Source of the DNA: an uncultured Spirochaetales bacterium
GTDB lineage: Bacteria > UBP6 > UBA1177
DNA: 64,000 bases
Reading direction: 5' to 3'
NCBI GenBank assembly: GCA_964630905.1
Contig: CAZVWR010000006.1
Span: forward strand, 6,232-70,231
In this document: piece after piece, positions 1-8,188 of the stretch
Position numbering within the stretch: position 1 is the stretch's first letter
Layout: each line of letters begins with the position of its first letter
The notes under the pieces: model-generated
The model's input: the letters and a program-made list of their open reading frames with translations, nothing else
What the model was told of the DNA's origin: nothing
Databases searched by the model: none
Translations under genes and position numbers: made by a program

Positions 1-641
1 GTGCTCTGGTAAAGAACGAGTTCCGTCCATTTCGCAACATGTTTCGGCGGAACAAAAGGGAGCTGAGGTATGCTTGAAAGGTAGAAAGCAAGGAATTTTG
101 AGTCCGCATGTTCAATGAAGCTCATAATGTCCTCATCGGCGATTTCTATGAATTTTCTATAGATATTCTCAGAAAGCTTTGCATTGAAAAGTCCATATTC
201 CTTAAAAATAAAACTGATCAGTTCCATAAGAAGAGCGTGGTCTTTCCCCAGAATATCGGAAAACATCTCATCGAGTTCAACACTGCTGTAAGTTATCGAT
301 TTTGTGAAAAGAACATTGATGTGAGGATTGAGGATCTCTTTCATTACAGGATAGATCGACCCTGTTTCAGATTTAATTTCATGGTGGTTTTTCAGGAATA
401 TGAATATTGTTGCAAGATCGAGATATCTTTTAGCTTCGATGAGGATGTTCACCATGTCCCTGATGTAGGGTTTTATATCTTTGCCCGTTTTCAGATAAGG
501 TGAAAGTTCGACAAGAAATTCAAGATAAAGTTTTAAAGGTTTTCCCCGGTACTCTTTTGAAATGCCGGAATCTTTTCTGTCAACTGAGTGTTGATAGTCC
601 TGAAGTGTTTTATCTGTAGCTTCAGTGTTGAATCCGCTCAT
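1..641 (-). CDS. hypothetical protein, N-terminal ~213 codons only (gene runs off window start)
   Basis: Absent from the ORF track because there is no stop inside the window. The reverse-strand frame from ATG at 641..639 stays open to position 1 (MSGFNTEATDKTLQDYQHSVDRKDSGISKEYRGKPLKLYLEF...). ATGA start/stop overlap with the dapF stop (643..641). No family recognised. Confidence 0.6.
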   Translation of the reverse strand, partial: MSGFNTEATDKTLQDYQHSVDRKDSGISKEYRGKPLKLYLEFLVELSPYLKTGKDIKPYIRDMVNILIEAKRYLDLATIFIFLKNHHEIKSETGSIYPVMKEILNPHINVLFTKSITYSSVELDEMFSDILGKDHALLMELISFIFKEYGLFNAKLSENIYRKFIEIADEDIMSFIEHADSKFLAFYLSSIPQLPFVPPKHVAKWTELVLYQS

Positions 642-1447
642 CAGAACTCCGCTATATCCAGCGTCCCTTCAAAAACCTTTTCCGGAATGCCGCTCATTAC
701 AATTCTGTTCTCGCTTTTGATCCTGTATACTATCTCTCCGCCCGGGAAGAAAACTTTCCAGCTCTCATCCGGTTTTACGATATTTCTCTTTAACAGTGCG
801 TGTATTACGGCACCGCCTCCTGTCCCGCAGGCGAGAGTAAATCCGGCTCCTCTTTCTTTGACTATTACAAAAACACTTTTTGATCGCTTGTTAATGGCTG
901 TGACGATCTCGACATTTATTTCACAATTCCATGAACTGTTGTTCTGAAAATGATTGGCTATGCGATGTATTTCAGAGGCATCCGGTTTGATATGTGGAAA
1001 AAGGACAAGATGCGGATTTCCCATTGACACAGAATATGCATCAAATTTTTTATTGCTGAATTCAACAGTTTCTGTGTTTATGAGATCAGGTTTTCCAAGA
1101 TCAGCTTCGATTGAAAGTTTTCCGTTCTTGAGCTTTTCCCATTTTACCTCAAGCTCTCCTCTGCCGGTCTCGATCTTAAGAGGGTTTTTTTTCAAACCGC
1201 AATCTGTTATCAGATATGAGACAAAACATCTAAGACCGTTGCCGCACATTTGTGCAGTTGAACCGTCACTGTTAAATATTTTCATCCCGGCATCGGACGT
1301 ATCTGAGTTAAAGTGTACCAGAACTCCGTCAGCACCGACACCGAAATGCCTGTCACAGATGTTTTCTGCATTTTCAGATGTAAGAGCCGGTTCTTTGATT
1401 ATTACAAAATCGTTGCCTGTCGCTTGATATTTAAAGAAATTGATCAT
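641..1447 (-). CDS. dapF: diaminopimelate epimerase
   Basis: 268 aa. N-terminal FFKYQATGNDFVI, both catalytic Cys motifs (QMCGNGLRCF and LACGTGGGA), and a GNPH motif. Typical DapF length. Confidence 0.9.
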   Translation of the reverse strand: MINFFKYQATGNDFVIIKEPALTSENAENICDRHFGVGADGVLVHFNSDTSDAGMKIFNSDGSTAQMCGNGLRCFVSYLITDCGLKKNPLKIETGRGELEVKWEKLKNGKLSIEADLGKPDLINTETVEFSNKKFDAYSVSMGNPHLVLFPHIKPDASEIHRIANHFQNNSSWNCEINVEIVTAINKRSKSVFVIVKERGAGFTLACGTGGGAVIHALLKRNIVKPDESWKVFFPGGEIVYRIKSENRIVMSGIPEKVFEGTLDIAEF

Positions 1448-1887
1448 TATCTGCTCCGGAAAACAATGAACTTGCTCCCGAGAAAGTTCACAAGTGTGCC
1501 TGCTATTATCCCCGAAAGATTCGCAATGTCAGGAACAAAACCGCTTTGACTCGCAAAAGTTCCAAGAACAAGATTGTAAACGATATATCTCGGAATAAGA
1601 GAAATAAGACTTACTGAAAGGAATTTAATGAAAGCGTCCTTCGAAATCTGCATGTTCGCAGTTTGAGAATGGAATGTCCAGAAATGGTTTATTATGTAAT
1701 TCTGAATGACAGCCGCGGAATATCCGAAAATCGGGATGATATTGAGCAGAAGCCAGTTCTCAACACCGAAAGAGACCTTTATGAGATGGAAGATGCCGGC
1801 ATCTGTTATGAGCCCGAGTCCGCCTGTAATGCAGAATTTTACAAACTGTGTGGACATGAGCTTTTTTAAGAAACTGTCCATCAGCAC
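1447..1887 (-). CDS. GtrA-like membrane protein
   Basis: 146 aa with four hydrophobic helices. N-terminal FVKFCITGGLGLITDAGIF is typical of the GtrA family. Start overlaps the dapF start region, giving operon-like packing. Confidence 0.7.
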   Translation of the reverse strand: MLMDSFLKKLMSTQFVKFCITGGLGLITDAGIFHLIKVSFGVENWLLLNIIPIFGYSAAVIQNYIINHFWTFHSQTANMQISKDAFIKFLSVSLISLIPRYIVYNLVLGTFASQSGFVPDIANLSGIIAGTLVNFLGSKFIVFRSR

Positions 1888-2783
1888 TCGACTCTGTTAC
1901 GGCCGTTGTTCTTTGCTTCGTAAAGTTTTTTATCGGCGGCATCAATGAGAGCTGTGGCTGATACTATCTCAGGTTTATATTCAGCAACACCTGCGCTGAT
2001 AGTAACTCTTATGGTGTGCTGATTGATAAATACTTCGTTCTGGGCGACCGCAAGACGGATCCTTTCTGTCGTTAGAACTGCTCCGCTCAAAGGTGTTTCA
2101 GGAAGAATTATCACAAACTCCTCCCCGCCGTATCTCGCTATGAAATCAACACTTCTGAAAAATCTTCCGAAAAGTTTGCTCAGATTTGTCAGAACGGCAT
2201 CTCCCGCAAGATGGCCGAAAGTGTCATTGACAGGCTTGAAATGATCAATATCAATCATGACAAGTGACATTGAATGACCGTATCTTTTGCATCTTGAGAA
2301 CTCACTCTCGAGTTTGTCGTCAAATGATTTTCTGTTGTATAAGCCTGTGAGTCCATCCTTTATAGAGAACTGATAAAGCTGATCGTAATATTCAGCTTCC
2401 ATGTCGTGGCTTGATATGAATTTGAATATTGTGTTGCCGATCTTCACCCTGTCACCGTTCTCAAGCTTTTTTATGCCTGAAATTTCATCTTCATTTACAT
2501 ATGTTTTATTTGTACTTCCGAGATCCTCGGCATAGAACTGCTTGTCTTTTTTGAATATTCTCAAATGGTTGCGGCTCACACTCGGGTCATTGACAATGAT
2601 GTTGCAGTTGTCACCTCTGCCGATGACTATTGAATCATCGTCGATGTCCCTTCTTTTGCCCAGATTAGCTCCGTAGATCTCAAGCAGAATGAACCTGTCT
2701 TGACTGAAATTGAGATCTTCCCGCTTGGAAAGATCGATGATCTGAGTCGCTTTCTGTGTTTCCTCGTTTTTCTTGACTGCCAT
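1881..2783 (-). CDS. FHA domain-containing diguanylate cyclase (GGDEF)
   Basis: 300 aa. N-terminal FHA signature (IVIGRGDNCNIIVNDPSVSRNHLRI...GSTNKTYVN). C-terminal GGDEF domain (LTGLYNRKSF, RYGGEEF, I-site-like context). Confidence 0.85.
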   Translation of the reverse strand: MAVKKNEETQKATQIIDLSKREDLNFSQDRFILLEIYGANLGKRRDIDDDSIVIGRGDNCNIIVNDPSVSRNHLRIFKKDKQFYAEDLGSTNKTYVNEDEISGIKKLENGDRVKIGNTIFKFISSHDMEAEYYDQLYQFSIKDGLTGLYNRKSFDDKLESEFSRCKRYGHSMSLVMIDIDHFKPVNDTFGHLAGDAVLTNLSKLFGRFFRSVDFIARYGGEEFVIILPETPLSGAVLTTERIRLAVAQNEVFINQHTIRVTISAGVAEYKPEIVSATALIDAADKKLYEAKNNGRNRVEC

Positions 2784-2784
2784 T

Positions 2785-3558
2785 TTATCTCCTCTTAAAA
2801 ACGAATCCTACCCATTCATTTTCCTGAACTTTTTTTATAAGTTCAAAGTTATTCAGACCCATTTTCTGGATGAAGTTATCAGATTCAGATTCAAGAATTC
2901 CTGAAAGAACAAGCCATTTTGAAGAAAGCCGCTTAAGGTCGTCGGCCAGAAAATAGAGAACAGATGAAATTATGTTTGCAACTATAAGTTCACATGGTTT
3001 TTCAAACATGAAAAGGGGTTCCCTGCTTATGCTGATGGAACCTACAAGGTCATTATAGACCGCATTTTCGAAAGCATTTTCGAGCGCATCAGGATCGTTG
3101 TCGATCGCTGTAACTTCAAGTTCCGGTTTAATGCGCAGTGATGAAATTGCAAGAATGCCCGATCCGGTTCCGACATCCATCATCGAATTTACACTGCTAT
3201 CTTTTTTAAGCACTTCTTCGATCAGACTGATAGAAATTTTCGTTGTTTCGTGGTGACCTGTTCCGAAACCGCGTGAAGGATTTATAACGACATTCCCTTC
3301 CTTCCTTCTCCATGGCGGAACAACAGTTATCCTGCCGATCGAGACGGGGATAAAGTACTCTCTCCATTTTTCGACCCAGTCACCTTCAGAAATGACAGTA
3401 AGATCGAGATCTTTCAGCATTTTCAGAATGTTATCGTTCTTCTCAAAATAGAGTACCATCACATTTTCCCTTTCCATGCTTCCGAGGAATCCTTCGATCT
3501 GAAAGAAACGCTCAACCGAATAATCTCTCGGGACTACTGCCTGATACCACTGATTCAC
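2785..3558 (-). CDS. prmA: ribosomal protein L11 methyltransferase
   Basis: 257 aa. VVPPW...INPSRGFGTGHHETT and the SAM-binding motif DVGTGSGILAI are typical of PrmA. Confidence 0.85.
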   Translation of the reverse strand: MNQWYQAVVPRDYSVERFFQIEGFLGSMERENVMVLYFEKNDNILKMLKDLDLTVISEGDWVEKWREYFIPVSIGRITVVPPWRRKEGNVVINPSRGFGTGHHETTKISISLIEEVLKKDSSVNSMMDVGTGSGILAISSLRIKPELEVTAIDNDPDALENAFENAVYNDLVGSISISREPLFMFEKPCELIVANIISSVLYFLADDLKRLSSKWLVLSGILESESDNFIQKMGLNNFELIKKVQENEWVGFVFKRR

Positions 3559-3650
3559 GACTCACCATAAAACAAATAATTGGATTAATAATAATGATAC
3601 CTGTCAAAAATGCAAATTAGTTTTTATTCCGGAATGTGATGTAAAAAATG

Positions 3651-3679
3651 TTGACTTTGAGTCATTTTTAATCATTATA
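3651..3679 (+). promoter_or_regulatory. putative sigma70-type promoter for the tRNA cluster
   Basis: TTGACT (3651..3656), 17-nt spacer, ATTATA (3674..3679), about 40 nt upstream of the first tRNA. Confidence 0.3.
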
Positions 3680-3719
3680 CTTCTGCTTTGCTCTTTTTAA
3701 CAATTGAGTCTTGTATTGC

Positions 3720-3807
3720 GGAGGAGTGGCCGAGTGGTCGATGGCGGCGGTCTTGAAAACCGTTGACGTGAGAGCGTCCGTGGGTTCGAATCCTACCTCC
3801 TCCGCCA
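3720..3807 (+). tRNA. tRNA-Ser (anticodon UGA)
   Basis: Acceptor GGAGGAG/CTCCTCC, anticodon loop CTTGAAA, long variable arm, GGTTCGAATCC T-loop, encoded CCA. Confidence 0.9.
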
Positions 3808-3824
3808 TTATTTTTTGTGTTTGC

Positions 3825-3916
<92 letters not shown>

Positions 3917-3929
3917 TTTTTTTTTGAGT

Positions 3930-4006
3930 GTGCCCATAGCTCAACTGGATAGAGCGTCTGGCTACGGACCAGGAGGCTGGGGGTTCGAATCCTCCTGGGC
4001 ACGCCA
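3930..4006 (+). tRNA. tRNA-Arg (anticodon ACG)
   Basis: 77 nt. Acceptor GTGCCCA/TGGGCAC, anticodon loop CTACGGA, GGTTCGAATCC T-loop, encoded CCA. Confidence 0.9.
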
Positions 4007-4018
4007 CGGTCTTTCAGG

Positions 4019-4516
4019 ATGGAAAGAGAAATCAGTTATATGAAACAGGCACTTGAACTTGCTCAGGAAGCAGGTCTGCAGGGAGAAGTTCCTGTAGGTG
4101 CTGTAGTGGTCTTTGAAAATAGAGTGATCGGAAAAGGATATAACAGGAGAGAATCGACCAATTCTCCATTGTCCCATGCAGAGATCGAGGCTATTCTTGA
4201 AGCTTCAGAAAACATCGGAAGCTGGAGACTTGAAGATTGTGAGCTTTATGTAACACTTGAGCCGTGCATCATGTGCAGCGGTGCAATTCTCCAGTCAAGG
4301 ATCAAAAGAGTTGTTTTCGGCCCCAGAGACCCGAAAGCTGGAGCTGTCAGATCTCTTTACAATCTCCTTGAGGATAAAAGGTTGAATCATAGAGTTGAAG
4401 TGGTAGAAGGAGTTTTGTCTGATGAATGTTCTTCAATACTTACCGGTTTTTTCAAAGATATAAGAAGCCGTCAGAAGAACGCAGTGTTAAAGACAGAGCA
4501 GAATAATGACTTTTAA
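4019..4516 (+). CDS. tadA: tRNA-specific adenosine deaminase
   Basis: 165 aa. Cytidine/deoxycytidylate deaminase zinc motifs HAEIEAI and EPCIMCSGAI. TadA-like length. Confidence 0.9.
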   Translation: MEREISYMKQALELAQEAGLQGEVPVGAVVVFENRVIGKGYNRRESTNSPLSHAEIEAILEASENIGSWRLEDCELYVTLEPCIMCSGAILQSRIKRVVFGPRDPKAGAVRSLYNLLEDKRLNHRVEVVEGVLSDECSSILTGFFKDIRSRQKNAVLKTEQNNDF

Positions 4517-4518
4517 GC

Positions 4519-4610
4519 GGAGAGATGTCCGAGTGGTTGAAGGAGCCTGACTCGAAATCAGGTGCGCTCTTTACGGGGTGCCTGGGGTTCGAATCCCTAT
4601 CTCTCCGCCA
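4519..4610 (+). tRNA. tRNA-Ser (anticodon CGA)
   Basis: Acceptor GGAGAGA/TCTCTCC, anticodon stem CCTGA/TCAGG with loop CTCGAAA, long variable arm, encoded CCA. Confidence 0.9.
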
Positions 4611-4634
4611 TATTTTCTTTTCGATCTTTTAAAC

Positions 4635-4725
<91 letters not shown>

Positions 4726-4738
4726 TTTTTTTTATTAT

Positions 4739-4831
4739 GGCCGGGTACTGTACAACAAGCCCCGCAAACCCCGTCAGGTCCGAAAGGAAGCAGCGGTAGC
4801 GGATCGTTTGTGTGTTGCAGTTTTCCCGGCC
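4739..4831 (+). ncRNA. ffs: signal recognition particle RNA (small/4.5S type)
   Basis: Contains the conserved domain IV motif GTCAGGTCCGAAAGGAAGCAGC with a GNRA tetraloop. Terminal helix GGCCGGG...CCCGGCC is followed by a T-run (TTCATTTTTT). Confidence 0.8.
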
Positions 4832-4884
4832 TTCATTTTTTAAGGTTATTTTCAGAAAAATGACACTCGAGTTCACTTTTTGCA

Positions 4885-4912
4885 TTGACTAAATCAGTAA
4901 AATTGTTAGAAT
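4885..4912 (+). promoter_or_regulatory. putative sigma70-type promoter
   Basis: TTGACT (4885..4890), 16-nt spacer, TAGAAT (4907..4912), about 30 nt upstream of ATG 4944. Confidence 0.35.
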
Positions 4913-4943
4913 TCTGTTGATTGTGTGTTATTGGAGAGAAAAT

Positions 4944-7268
4944 ATGGTTAAATTTCTTAACATTCGAGTGGGATTCAGAGTTTTGACAGTCGCAGTTGTT
5001 TTTTTTGTTTCTGCATCTCTAAGCGGCGAATCTTTTGTTTCAATACAGGGTTATCCTCAGGAAAGATCTGAAGTTCCCGATTATCAGTTCCAGACACAGA
5101 CAACCATGGTGCTTAACCAGACGATAGACAGGATCCTTTATCCGGTTATCGGTTTTCCGGCAATGGTCACAGCGGCTGATCCCGAAATGTCCTTCATAAT
5201 CCGGTCTGAGAATATTCCTGAAATAGATAACATCAGGATAGTTCGCGAAATAGGTGGCAATGTTAAAGAATTTCAGGATCTTATCCCTTATTCCATTGAG
5301 CAGTGCGGATCTGGTCTTTATAAAGTCAAGATGATAGTTCCGGTAATTCTTCCAAGTGTAAGATATGACTTGAGCGTTAAACTTAAAGGCGAAGAATTTC
5401 CAATTATATCAAGGAATTCTGTGTTCTTTTCTGAATTTGATGCGTCCACGAAATTTTTTATCTGGGCCGATCCGCAGATAGAGGACCTGCAATCAAAAAT
5501 GGCTGGAGATCTCAATTACAATTCGGGGGAATATCCTTACAAAAGCGATTCGATCCTCGATTTTTCCAGGCAGGAGGGGATCATAAAAACCACCATATCG
5601 AACCTTAACATGGGTGACCGCCATTTTGTTACAATGCTTGGTGACATAGTTTTCGGGATTAATTATCAGAGAGAATATGAAGACATTCTTTCACTCATTG
5701 TCAATCTTGAAATTCCGTTTTTCCCGGTTCCGGGCAATCATGACGGGTATGCGAAGTTCACTGAACAGAACAACCTTTTCTCGCCGCTTGACTGGGATGG
5801 TTTGCAGTACTGGACGAAATTTGTGGGTCCGCTTCACTATGCGTTCAATTTTAACGGGCAGACATTTCTGATGCTTAATACTTATGACGGAACTCCGCAA
5901 AGAAGGGCGGCAGGCGATGCTCTCGGAATTGGTGATAATGCGGCGGTGCCGGTCAGCAACTGGGGCGGATTCCTTACCGACAGGTCTCTTAGCTGGATAG
6001 AGATAATGATGGATGACTATGATGTTTTCGGCCTTTTCAGCCACATGCTGCCTCTTGGACAGAATGCGACAGGTCTATATCATCCGATGAGAAAATTCCC
6101 GAAAGATTCTATAAAATATAAAGAAAATCAGGAATGGAATATTGAAACTTCAGAATGGGACAGCGACCTGACTGATCTTATATTCAACGAAACAGATAAG
6201 ATTAATACAGGTGTCAAGACCGCTGAATATATGACAAAGCAGTCTCCGTCCCCGATATATTTTTCAGGGCATACCCATCAGGATAGAATATATCTTTTTG
6301 AAAAAGGGGAAGAACTTGTTCCTGAAAGCGGAGTTTTTGCTGCTGATGACATGGAATTTATAATGACTACAACTGCCGCTACAAGTGGTCAACTATATTG
6401 GGGATTCAGGAAAGTTGATGTCGGTGTGACGGGGGATGTTTCCTATAATTATACCTGCGGCAGAGGTGTAAACTGTATGCCCAGCAGTGAAACGGAAAAA
6501 GGTTTTCAGTCAGTTCCGGCAGGGAATATGTGGGTGACATACACATGGAACTCTTTTGGAAATGATAATGAATCGATCTTCACGGGCGGAGACGGATTTT
6601 CAGACACGGTAAATGCAGAGGTTATGAATTATCTGCCGACAGAGGAGCCGGTGACTTTGAGATTTTTTATGCCGGCAGGTAAAAGTTATAAGATCGAAAA
6701 TCCTAAGTTCCATATATCAAATGCGGCTGTTTCAAAGGATATGACAACTCTTATCCTGACAGTGAAGGGAAGTGTTGCCGCCGGTTCGGAAATGGATAAA
6801 TTCCTTGCGAAGGATTTTTCAAGGAAAGTTGAATTTGTAACAGTTACCCCGTCCACTGCGACAGCTGTTGAGCCGCAGATCGAATATCCGCAGACAATTT
6901 TTGAAGATGAGCCGCTAAGTGCTGAAGTTAAGAACGGTGATGATTTCCTTTCACTTGTCTGGATAAGGAACAAGATCGAGTTTGCACAGGGCGAGACCTT
7001 TTCTGTAAAGTTTGATAACTATCAGGATGTTGAGACGATCTTCCTTATTTATATTGATAAAAGCGGGGTTCACGGCACAGCACTCTTTAAAACTGATATT
7101 CAGAAGCGTCCTGAAGAAGAACCCGATGAAGAAGTATCTGAAGAAATTGAAGAAACCGCTGATCCCGATGTGACAGAAATTAATGAAATTCAGGAAGATT
7201 CCGATGAAGATTCCAACACAGAAGAACCAAAAAAGAAAAAGTCCGGCTGTTCAGTCACTGTGATTTAG
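4944..7268 (+). CDS. secreted metallophosphoesterase with acidic C-terminal spacer and SGCSVTVI tail
   Basis: ORF track 4917..7268. ATG 4944 is preferred because of GGAGAG about 6 nt upstream. Signal peptide MVKFLNIRVGFRVLTVAVVFFVSASLSG. Calcineurin-like motifs GDIVFG, PVPGNHDG and FSGHTHQD. The C-terminus is D/E-rich, then KKKKSGCSVTVI-stop. Confidence 0.8.
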   Translation: MVKFLNIRVGFRVLTVAVVFFVSASLSGESFVSIQGYPQERSEVPDYQFQTQTTMVLNQTIDRILYPVIGFPAMVTAADPEMSFIIRSENIPEIDNIRIVREIGGNVKEFQDLIPYSIEQCGSGLYKVKMIVPVILPSVRYDLSVKLKGEEFPIISRNSVFFSEFDASTKFFIWADPQIEDLQSKMAGDLNYNSGEYPYKSDSILDFSRQEGIIKTTISNLNMGDRHFVTMLGDIVFGINYQREYEDILSLIVNLEIPFFPVPGNHDGYAKFTEQNNLFSPLDWDGLQYWTKFVGPLHYAFNFNGQTFLMLNTYDGTPQRRAAGDALGIGDNAAVPVSNWGGFLTDRSLSWIEIMMDDYDVFGLFSHMLPLGQNATGLYHPMRKFPKDSIKYKENQEWNIETSEWDSDLTDLIFNETDKINTGVKTAEYMTKQSPSPIYFSGHTHQDRIYLFEKGEELVPESGVFAADDMEFIMTTTAATSGQLYWGFRKVDVGVTGDVSYNYTCGRGVNCMPSSETEKGFQSVPAGNMWVTYTWNSFGNDNESIFTGGDGFSDTVNAEVMNYLPTEEPVTLRFFMPAGKSYKIENPKFHISNAAVSKDMTTLILTVKGSVAAGSEMDKFLAKDFSRKVEFVTVTPSTATAVEPQIEYPQTIFEDEPLSAEVKNGDDFLSLVWIRNKIEFAQGETFSVKFDNYQDVETIFLIYIDKSGVHGTALFKTDIQKRPEEEPDEEVSEEIEETADPDVTEINEIQEDSDEDSNTEEPKKKKSGCSVTVI

Positions 7269-7372
7269 ATTAAGAATATTACCCATTCCTGTCAAAACAT
7301 AAAAACACGAAAATTGCAAAAAAACGGTGTTTTTGTATCATCATTTTAATTAACTGTTTTTTGGAGATGATC

Positions 7373-8173
7373 ATGAAAGCGGCAATTATTCAAAACAATC
7401 CTGTATGGGGCGAAAAAAGCAGCAATATTAATGATTTGATAGAACTGATGGAAAAAGAGAAGGCAGATATTTATATCCTTCCCGAAATGGCTTACACCGG
7501 ATATCAGATCACTTCAAAAGAGGAGGCGGAAACCCTTGCCGACTCGGTTGATTCAGAAAATATCGGCCGTTTTGTGAGTTGGTCAAAAGAACATGACAGT
7601 GCAGTTATTCTCGGCTTTCCGGAAAAAGCGTCTGACGGTCATATTTATAACTCAAGTGTAATGATCACTCCGGAAGGGGAAGTGCACATTTACAGAAAAA
7701 CACACCTTTTTTATAAGGAGAAGCTTTTTTTTGCTCCCGGCAACACAGGATTTGATGTGTTTGAGTGGAGAGGAGTTAAAATCGGGCTTGCAATATGCTT
7801 TGACTGGTATTTTTCTGAAAGTTTCAGAACACTTGCGTTAATCGGGGCGGACATTATAGCACATTGCTCAAACCTTGTTATGCCTCACTGCCAGACAGTT
7901 GACTATGCCAGAGCAATTGAAAACAGAGTTTTTATTGCAACGGCAAACCGCATCGGATCTGAAGAAAGAGACGGCGAAAAACTCACTTTTACTGGTCAGA
8001 GCGTTCTTGTTTCACCCAAAGGAGAATATCTTATAAAAGCTCCGGCTGAAGAAACAGGGTGTTTTACGGCTCAAATTGATGTTGCAATGTCCCGCAATAA
8101 AAAAATTAATGAATTCAATGATGTAATTGCAGATAGAAGAGAGCTGTTCTATTGGGATCATCCTGTGAAATGA
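7373..8173 (+). CDS. carbon-nitrogen hydrolase (nitrilase superfamily)
   Basis: ORF track 7361..8173. ATG 7373 follows GGAG. Glu-Lys-Cys triad contexts YILPEM, YRKTHLF and LAICFDWYF. Confidence 0.85.
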   Translation: MKAAIIQNNPVWGEKSSNINDLIELMEKEKADIYILPEMAYTGYQITSKEEAETLADSVDSENIGRFVSWSKEHDSAVILGFPEKASDGHIYNSSVMITPEGEVHIYRKTHLFYKEKLFFAPGNTGFDVFEWRGVKIGLAICFDWYFSESFRTLALIGADIIAHCSNLVMPHCQTVDYARAIENRVFIATANRIGSEERDGEKLTFTGQSVLVSPKGEYLIKAPAEETGCFTAQIDVAMSRNKKINEFNDVIADRRELFYWDHPVK

Positions 8174-8188
8174 TCTGATAACGGGAGT

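Noticed and set aside
108-503. 131-aa plus-strand ORF at the window start
   Set aside because: It lies antisense to a longer open frame on the minus strand (1..641) that is translationally coupled to dapF by an ATGA overlap. Its sequence has no recognisable motifs and an odd composition, so it is probably a shadow ORF.
7298-7331. AAAAACAC...GTGTTTTT inverted repeat after the metallophosphoesterase gene as a terminator
   Set aside because: The stem is only 8 bp and almost entirely A/T, with an 18-nt loop, and it overlaps a plausible promoter for the next gene. This is too weak to call.
7266-7360. Stop-codon read-through or recoding that would extend the GCGCS-type tails into a hidden TM-plus-basic sorting domain (also checked at 34560..34644 and 47908..47990)
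   Set aside because: Translating in frame past each stop gives short, non-hydrophobic sequences that soon hit further stops (for example IKNITHSCQNIKTRKLQKNGVFVSSF-stop). Three different stop contexts (TAG, TGA, TAG) are used.
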